IMG/VR virus record: IMGVR_UViG_3300044959_000237
Span: 32,001-96,000 of that record
Reading direction: 5' to 3' (one strand)
DNA length: 64,000 bases
Source: a virus
Shown here: piece by piece, positions 57,556-64,000 of the stretch
Position numbering within the stretch: the first letter of the stretch is position 1
Layout: each line of letters starts with the position of its first letter
Translations under genes and position numbers: made by a program
The notes under the pieces: generated by a model
What the model saw: only the letters and a program-made list of their open reading frames with translations
Told to the model about the DNA's origin: nothing
Databases searched by the model: none

Positions 57556-59124
57556 TCAAAGAACTATTACAGGCATTGGTTCTTTCGAATTTTCTTTTTC
57601 GAGATCATCGAAATCTTCTTCGCGGCCTTTTAAATTTTTCTCCGGACCATAATATCTTCCAATGATCATGTAAAGACGAATCACTACCAAAATTGCAGAA
57701 ACAAGATCATCTTCACAACCTCTTTTTGCAGAAAAATTGCTACCGGTTCTCACGTAATTTTTCAATTCTGAAATCAGAAGTCTGCTATTCAAACTTATTT
57801 CATTTGTTTCGACAAGTCTCTTGAATCTCGCACAGGCTGCCATTTTATTTTTTGTTGTTGTGATAAGTCCTTTTCTTCTTTTTCTTTTTATCTGTCCCGG
57901 TACTTTGGGTTCATTTATCAATATTCCATCGATTTTTTCTTCGCCAATCTCCTTCAAAAGAGAAACTATGGCTTCACCGATACCATTGTTTTCGAAACTC
58001 CAATATATTTCGTTGTTCTTGAGCTGTTTCAGACAACTACAAATGTATTTTATTACCGATAACTGATTTTTTACATCCGATTTGTTGTCAGACCATTCGG
58101 CAATCTGACACATATCATCCAAACGAAATACCTGAATTGCCGAATGATCTCCTCCAGTACCCGTTGCCGGATCCAGACCTATCAGATAAACACTCGAAGG
58201 AGACAAAGGTTCGTACCATCTCAGTTTTCCGTTCATTTCCGTTCTGATTGGATTTTTTCCTTTCAGATTGTACAAAACAATCTGATCGATCAAGGTTTCG
58301 TCACTTTGAATGAACGAACAATTACATTCTCTTTCGAAGATTTCTCTTCCGAGAATCGATATCTGATCGGCAGCCCATTTTTCGTCTCTTTCCGGATGTG
58401 CATTCCATTTGAATGTTATGGCCTTGTATCCGTTTTCTCCAATTCCTCCCGGTCTTTCCATACCATTTTCGTCACATGTTTTCGTAGCAGCAAAATATAT
58501 TTTTGCAAACAAATCTTCATCGGAATTTGGCGTACTTGTTATTATACACTGTCCACCCGTGGACAATGTTGGTTGAACAGCACTCCAGAATTCTTCTGCT
58601 ATTTTTGGTGGTACGAATGCGAACTCGTCCAGATACAACAAACTCAAACTCAAACCTCTGGCTGCATTTGGACTCGTAGCTCTACTCAGAATTCTGCTGC
58701 CATTGTCGAATTCGATCGAACCTTTGTTGTATGTTATAACTCCCGGTTTGATCCACTCGGGCAATTCTTCATACGCGTATCTTACTCTGTGCATGATTTC
58801 AAGAGCCTGTCTTTCGAGTTGTGCAAGTATGAGTATTGTTTGATTGTCCTGAAATATGGATTTCCATAAAATATAACATGCTGCACAAGTGGTTTTTCCC
58901 ATTTGTCTTGCTGTCAATGCAATGACATTTTTGTAATCGTGAAATGTTTTTATGATTTCTTTTTGAAAATCGTAGGGACGAAATTTGTCAGCACCACGAA
59001 ATGTCTGTATGGTAAAGAAATTTTCGGCAAAATAAAGGGGATCTTTTATACATAACGAAAGATGTTTTATTTTTTCCTTGTCGAAAGCCGATTTTTGTCC
59101 AGCTTTCTTTAACAGTGATTCCAT
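57556..59124 (-). CDS. terminase large subunit (gp17-like)
   Basis: ARQMGKT, ARG, LDEFAF, TSTPN, GLDPATG.GGD, FENN, DDLV. Confidence 0.95.
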   Translation of the reverse strand: MESLLKKAGQKSAFDKEKIKHLSLCIKDPLYFAENFFTIQTFRGADKFRPYDFQKEIIKTFHDYKNVIALTARQMGKTTCAACYILWKSIFQDNQTILILAQLERQALEIMHRVRYAYEELPEWIKPGVITYNKGSIEFDNGSRILSRATSPNAARGLSLSLLYLDEFAFVPPKIAEEFWSAVQPTLSTGGQCIITSTPNSDEDLFAKIYFAATKTCDENGMERPGGIGENGYKAITFKWNAHPERDEKWAADQISILGREIFERECNCSFIQSDETLIDQIVLYNLKGKNPIRTEMNGKLRWYEPLSPSSVYLIGLDPATGTGGDHSAIQVFRLDDMCQIAEWSDNKSDVKNQLSVIKYICSCLKQLKNNEIYWSFENNGIGEAIVSLLKEIGEEKIDGILINEPKVPGQIKRKRRKGLITTTKNKMAACARFKRLVETNEISLNSRLLISELKNYVRTGSNFSAKRGCEDDLVSAILVVIRLYMIIGRYYGPEKNLKGREEDFDDLEKENSKEPMPVIVL

Positions 59125-59204
59125 TTTTTTCGAATCAGTTTGTTTTTTTATTTACATATTTCAAAGTTGAAAAAAATTTTCTTCGATTCAATTGCAGATT
59201 TTTT

Positions 59205-60134
59205 TCATTCCTGATTGTTTTCTTTGTATTCTTTTTTCAGATATTCGTAATATCGAGAAAGAAGTTTTCCTTCGAGACTTCCTTTTTCCAACGGATTGTC
59301 TGCAGACCAAGCTTTTGTATATCTGTTTTCGAGATCATCTTCGTAACGACGATTTATGTCACCAATATAATGATATTCTCTTGGTTCATCTCTACAGCAA
59401 TCATAATCTACACATTCATTCAGTTCCATCAAATCCATGACTTCTTTTTCTGCTTCTGGACGTGAAAATCCCAAACTTACAAGTTCTGTGACAAAATCGT
59501 CTATCAGAGTTGGCCATTGTTCGTTTGGCACAGATGCCAAAATATTACTTTTTTCAATTTTCCATTTTCTAAGATCTATATTTTCCGGTTCATAATCGTA
59601 TGGAGTGTCTGGAAATTCGAGTTTTTTGTCGAATTTTTTCGAAGCATTTTTCACATTTGCAACACAATTGCAGGAACTTTCATCGCATGAACAATCGCCA
59701 TTACATGAACAATTTTCGCCACATGAACATTTCTTCGATTCTTCTTCATCGCTCGGTGGTTTCAAAATTCCCGACAAAATCAAAATTTCCCTGATTTCAT
59801 CTATGTCCTTTTCATCTTTTACATTGGCAGCATGTATACTCAGAATTTCTTCCTTGTGAACGTTGATGTTATTCGATCTGTTTTCATCATTGGAAATCAA
59901 AGCCTTTACTTCCAGATGAACTTTTTCTTCACCAGAAGACTGGGAATCGGAAACAACGCCGGCCAATTTCAACAAACGATTCAATTCTTCTTCATTTTCT
60001 GTTTCATAATCACAAGTAAAACTTGGTTCTTCGCTATTTGTGTCATATCTGCTGACTTTCATTGTATACTTTTTGTAGAAATTCTTGAAAGAATTGTTAT
60101 TTTCTTCCATTATCTTCAGCTCCATCGTTTTCAT
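59205..60134 (-). CDS. acidic probable internal-head/scaffold protein with Cys cluster
   Basis: LLKLAGV and ILILSGI motifs, CSCGENCSCNGDCSCDESSCNC, C-terminal ADNPL. Confidence 0.55.
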   Translation of the reverse strand: MKTMELKIMEENNNSFKNFYKKYTMKVSRYDTNSEEPSFTCDYETENEEELNRLLKLAGVVSDSQSSGEEKVHLEVKALISNDENRSNNINVHKEEILSIHAANVKDEKDIDEIREILILSGILKPPSDEEESKKCSCGENCSCNGDCSCDESSCNCVANVKNASKKFDKKLEFPDTPYDYEPENIDLRKWKIEKSNILASVPNEQWPTLIDDFVTELVSLGFSRPEAEKEVMDLMELNECVDYDCCRDEPREYHYIGDINRRYEDDLENRYTKAWSADNPLEKGSLEGKLLSRYYEYLKKEYKENNQE

Positions 60135-60978
60135 TCGAATTTTTGATTGTTCTCAAACTTTTTGGCATGGAAACAAATTCTATTTTCTTTCCTTCGATAC
60201 CTCTGTAGGGTTTACTTATTACCTTGTTGTTGTAGAACGTACCGTATTTCAGTTGCATTTCATCGGCAACCGTTTTGACTCTTGTCAATTCTTCATCATC
60301 TTCTTTTACAGAATTTACAGGATATACTTTGGGAGAATCCTTGATATGATAATTGAAATCATTTTCTCCATATTTTGGTTCCGGTTTTCTATCCCATAAC
60401 CAACCGAACAATGCCCGATTCGATTCATCTTTGTAAACTCTGTTCGGTCTTTTGTTTTCCATGGTCGAAAGAAACTTTTTGAAAGCTTCGTTGTATCTTT
60501 GCCCGGCAATGGTATCTCCGGGTATTACCGTTTCGTTTTCCATATAATGTGAATCTGTCGAAAGTCTCGAAGCTTTTTCCAACCCTTCTTCTCTGGCTTT
60601 CTGTTCCATGTCGATAATGGTGGAAACATACTCGTTGGTCTGTTCACGAGGATCGAACATGGTTATGACTACAAGATTTTCATCGGGAATTTTGAGAACA
60701 ATACGAAGTTCTTCAGATAAAATATAACTTGAAACCGGTATTGTAAGAAGTGCATCTATATACCAGATTTCCGATCCTTCGATATGACCAAAATGAAGTG
60801 GATTTTTCTGAAAAATGGTCTTTTTGACCTCCGACATTTCGATCATGCGATATTTGTACAAATGAGACTGTATCAATTGATACATTGTTTCGGTAATAGG
60901 AATACAAGTTTTTATTCTTACCGGATAAACATATTTACTCATACATTCGTATAGTACTTTTTTGAAACTCATTTTCAT
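60097..60978 (-). CDS. probable virion protein
   Basis: MSFKKVLYE N-terminus; ATAAATA at 60999-61005; located in the head/terminase cluster. Confidence 0.55.
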   Translation of the reverse strand: MKMSFKKVLYECMSKYVYPVRIKTCIPITETMYQLIQSHLYKYRMIEMSEVKKTIFQKNPLHFGHIEGSEIWYIDALLTIPVSSYILSEELRIVLKIPDENLVVITMFDPREQTNEYVSTIIDMEQKAREEGLEKASRLSTDSHYMENETVIPGDTIAGQRYNEAFKKFLSTMENKRPNRVYKDESNRALFGWLWDRKPEPKYGENDFNYHIKDSPKVYPVNSVKEDDEELTRVKTVADEMQLKYGTFYNNKVISKPYRGIEGKKIEFVSMPKSLRTIKNSNENDGAEDNGRK

Positions 60979-61001
60979 TTTCCCAAATCATTCCATTATA
61001 T

Positions 61002-61541
61002 TTATTCTTTTGCTTCTTCTTCGTTGTTTTTTGTTTTCATGGTATCATTTTCTCGATGATTTTCCTGATGATTTTCATTGTTTTCCAATTCCATGAGCAA
61101 TTTCAGAATTTTGTTTCTGTCTTCTACGAAAACATTCGAATTTTCTTCATTTTCCAACAATCCACCTCGAAGTTCATACAATCTTATTTTTCTTTCTTCG
61201 AGTAACAATCTTTTTTTCGAAATTTTCAATCTTTCGAGTTCCAAAAGTTTGTTTATTTTGTTGTTTTCCGAATTCATGGCTATACTCAATGCATCTATGG
61301 CTGGTTTCAAATATTGTTCGGCAACTTTCGGTTCCGCTTCCATTCCGGCTTCCAGAAGTTTCTCGTATGCATCCAAAGCTTTTTCTTTTATCATGTCAAT
61401 TTCTGACAAAAAAATTTCATCTTTTGAAAACACTACAGAATTTTTGTCGAAATAGTCCGAATTCGATTCGGTTTCGTCGTTTTTTTCTTCTTCATCGCAA
61501 ATATCGAAAAGTTCTTCCAGTTTCTTGTTTATGTTACTCAT
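61002..61541 (-). CDS. possible terminase small subunit
   Basis: Helical/coiled-coil 179 aa (KKLEELF...DRNKILK) upstream of terL. Confidence 0.45.
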   Translation of the reverse strand: MSNINKKLEELFDICDEEEKNDETESNSDYFDKNSVVFSKDEIFLSEIDMIKEKALDAYEKLLEAGMEAEPKVAEQYLKPAIDALSIAMNSENNKINKLLELERLKISKKRLLLEERKIRLYELRGGLLENEENSNVFVEDRNKILKLLMELENNENHQENHRENDTMKTKNNEEEAKE

Positions 61542-61999
61542 TTTCTTCTCTTTCTGTTTTTTGGATTGTAGAATAATTCTTCTTCTGTCAGAACACGAAA
61601 ATTCATTCCTCTTTTTTTACAGAAAATCTGAGCATTTTTCCATTTTTCTGCGTTTATATACAATGCTATTTGATCTTTTTTGCTTCTGGCTTCTGATAAC
61701 AAAGTTTCACTTTTGGGTTTTATTTCTATAATTTCAGCCTTGATTTTTCCTTTCCTGTCTATATATTTCACGAAAAAATCAGGAACATAATTTTTGATTT
61801 TTCCATCTATCGGACTTTTGTACGGTATGATAATGGATTCACTCGACCAATTTATGATGGAGGGTGAGTTATCCAGAAATTTCATGAATTCCCTTTCCCA
61901 ACTGCTACGATATATTATGGGATATTTTCCAATGTATTTTTTGGTATTTCTTGGAATGAACTGACCTTGTATGTATTTGCCATTCGAACGAATATTCAT
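61538..61999 (-). CDS. head completion nuclease (T4 gp4-like, TnsA-type PD-(D/E)xK)
   Basis: KY.G...I.YRSSWE, WSSE..IPY, YVPDF, EIKP, N.EKW..A, LTE. Confidence 0.88.
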   Translation of the reverse strand: MNIRSNGKYIQGQFIPRNTKKYIGKYPIIYRSSWEREFMKFLDNSPSIINWSSESIIIPYKSPIDGKIKNYVPDFFVKYIDRKGKIKAEIIEIKPKSETLLSEARSKKDQIALYINAEKWKNAQIFCKKRGMNFRVLTEEELFYNPKNRKRRK

Positions 62000-62012
62000 T
62001 TTTCTTTTCTGC

Positions 62013-63173
62013 TCAGTAAAGTATCAGTTTCTTTCTGAGAATATCGGAAGAAAAATCGCTTTCTTTCTTTTTTCCCACGCTTGCTGTTCTGCTTTCGAGA
62101 ATTCGATTGAAATTTTCAATATCACTACTATTTATGGATACATTGCCGAAATTTACGTTCTTCTTTTCCGATCCGCTGAAAAATTCATATTCATTTTTAC
62201 CAAAAGGATTGAATGAAGATGTTCTGGAAGGTTTTTCCAATATTGGAGCTTTTGTTATTGGTTTCGAAGAATTTACGAATACATTCTTTCTTCCTTGCAA
62301 TCCGCTTTTCATGAAAGCATCTCTGTTGTCTTTGAACAGAGTTTCCAAATTCGATGTATTCGAAAAACTTTCGACTTCCAGAAATTCTCCAATATCCTTA
62401 CGTCTGCCTGTCTGTTCGAGAATTTCTTCGGTAATTTCCTGATTTACGGCTTCCCAAACCACGCCTTCGTAAGAAAAAGTCAAGGTTATATATTGTGGCG
62501 AGCCCATATCCCGATAACTGTTCGTATCATATGAAAAAGATGTTATTTTCGGATGTATCAACGAGTATTTGTTGAATTTCTTATGATTGAATTCGTAAAC
62601 TTCCAATTTTTCGAAAAAATAATTCGATGAAAAGGAAAAAACATTATCGGTAGCTATTTCCATAGATGGTGGATTGAAACCGAAATCTTTGTCTTTACTT
62701 GCAGGAATATATTCTGCCGTGGTAACGTCGTAATTCCAGCTTTGAAGACTGGCATGACCGTCGCCATAGTAATATTGAAAATAATCGTGAAACATCGAAA
62801 AAACTTTCTGATCCACAGTATCGAACAAAGTGACGGTTACAGGACTGTAATCGACTCGACTTTGAACAATTCTTTTTTTGTTGTATTGATTCAATGTAGA
62901 AGTATTGAAATTGAGTGAAGGTCTTGTTATACTTTCCACAAGAAGACTTATGCCATCTTGCCAATTGGAGTAATTTTTGTTGAAAGTCAGATCGTTTCTT
63001 ACAAAATTTACCCAGAAAAGAAATCGATATCTTGGTACTCGATTGAGTTTGGTATTGAATAAACTGAATACCTTTGGAGCAATTTTGTTCGATTTCGTGT
63101 ACAGATTCGGTTCAGGAGAAGTTTTTCCTACGGCAAAATTTATGTTTTTTTCCTGTTCTTTCGATGTTGGCAT
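62013..63173 (-). CDS. tail-tube-fold protein (gp19/gp54-like)
   Basis: PRYRFLF.V.F, NQYNKKR, Y.PVTVTLFD, P.ITSFSYD, LTFSYE; TATAAATA upstream. Confidence 0.7.
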   Translation of the reverse strand: MPTSKEQEKNINFAVGKTSPEPNLYTKSNKIAPKVFSLFNTKLNRVPRYRFLFWVNFVRNDLTFNKNYSNWQDGISLLVESITRPSLNFNTSTLNQYNKKRIVQSRVDYSPVTVTLFDTVDQKVFSMFHDYFQYYYGDGHASLQSWNYDVTTAEYIPASKDKDFGFNPPSMEIATDNVFSFSSNYFFEKLEVYEFNHKKFNKYSLIHPKITSFSYDTNSYRDMGSPQYITLTFSYEGVVWEAVNQEITEEILEQTGRRKDIGEFLEVESFSNTSNLETLFKDNRDAFMKSGLQGRKNVFVNSSKPITKAPILEKPSRTSSFNPFGKNEYEFFSGSEKKNVNFGNVSINSSDIENFNRILESRTASVGKKKESDFSSDILRKKLILY

Positions 63174-63187
63174 TTTTTCTTCCAAAA

Positions 63188-63219
63188 ATAAATAATTGAA
63201 AATTTCACAATTATTTATA
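63188..63219. promoter_or_regulatory. face-to-face T4-late-like promoters
   Basis: ATAAATA on plus (63188-63194, toward dps) and TATAAATA on minus (63212-63219, toward the tail-tube-like gene). Confidence 0.55.
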
Positions 63220-63234
63220 CAAGGAGAAATTCGT

Positions 63235-63717
63235 ATGGAAAATACCAGAAAATTGGTCAATTCATTACATCTGTTGATAGCTACGGAAATGGAAATAGTA
63301 TTCTGTACTCAAATTGCTCACTGGAACGTAAATGGAACGGAATTTTACAGTCTTCATAAAATGCTCGGCGATCAATACGAAGAATTTTTCGAAGAAATCG
63401 ACAAAATTGCAGAAATAATAAGAACATTGAATTATGAAGTATCGAAACAGAAGATATTGAAATGTAAGATCATGCATCATGAAAAAATGAAAAAAATGTT
63501 CCACAATTGGAATGAAAGTCGTGAAACAAATGAAAACAGAGAAATGTTGAAAAATCTCGTCGAATGTCACAAATGTGCATTGGATTGCATAAATTATTCA
63601 TTGATGCTTTGTAATTTCGACAGTTCGAATTTCGAAAGTGAAAAGAATTATCTTGGTGAACTTCAGGGAAGACACAAAAAAGCGATATGGTTTTTGAAAT
63701 CTTCATTGACTTCGTAA
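63235..63717 (+). CDS. dps: Dps/ferritin-like DNA protection during starvation protein
   Basis: HWNVNG..F..LH.ML..QYEE...IDKIAE, HKK..W.L; SD AAGGAG. Confidence 0.88.
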   Translation: MENTRKLVNSLHLLIATEMEIVFCTQIAHWNVNGTEFYSLHKMLGDQYEEFFEEIDKIAEIIRTLNYEVSKQKILKCKIMHHEKMKKMFHNWNESRETNENREMLKNLVECHKCALDCINYSLMLCNFDSSNFESEKNYLGELQGRHKKAIWFLKSSLTS

Positions 63718-64000
63718 AAAAATCGAATATCATGAATTGTGCAATTCGATTCGATCGATTTTCGACGAATTCGGTCGTTCGACATGAGCGGTTGTAAAAA
63801 ATCGAAAAAATTCGATATGGAGATGAATTATGAAAGAAATCGAGTGCAACTCTTCGAAATTTTTCGAATTCTGGTTCGAAAATATTCTGAAAAATTCCAA
63901 TCTGTCATCGAGTGAATACTCGAATTCGATTCGAAAAAATTTCGAAGAAAACAACTCGAAACGCATGATCTTTCTAATGGAAAATTTTTCGGAAATTCTG

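Noticed and set aside
24115-58869. Long antisense ORFs (e.g. 24115-24903, 39685-40353, 40636-41496, 58144-58869)
   Set aside because: They lie opposite well-supported genes, are Phe/Ile-rich without motifs, and are plausibly explained by the scarcity of TTA/CTA on the coding strand
1-64000. Stop-codon reassignment (alternative genetic code)
   Set aside because: Core genes are full length in the standard code, and TAA, TGA and TAG all terminate recognisable proteins at expected ends

Overview
AT-rich (~30% GC) segment of a large T4-like (jumbo-type) myophage genome in the standard genetic code. I saw no tRNA, rRNA or CRISPR array. Replication and recombination core: gp41-like helicase, gp61-like primase, UvsW/UvsY/UvsX, gp32 SSB, gp45 clamp, a family-B DNA polymerase split into two genes with a mini-intein at its catalytic motif C, and a minimal DnaE-like catalytic core. 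Morphogenesis and lysis: large terminase, gp4-like head completion protein, tail-tube-like protein, lysozyme and probable internal-head proteins. Host-like accessory genes: a complete YeaG/PrkA-YeaH-YcgB/SpoVR set plus Dps, a fused indolepyruvate:ferredoxin oxidoreductase, TilS, SpeD, ThyX, a glycosyltransferase, three nucleotidyltransferases and two amidoligase paralogues. The most interesting signals are (1) a dispersed phage-borne starvation/stationary-phase module apparently under late-type promoters, (2) a promoter-coupled hairpin that hides the tilS start codon, (3) putative virion-packaged enzyme polyproteins, and (4) window-wide YTAR depletion with YCGR (TCGA) enrichment. Family calls are from recognising motifs by eye; no database search was run.
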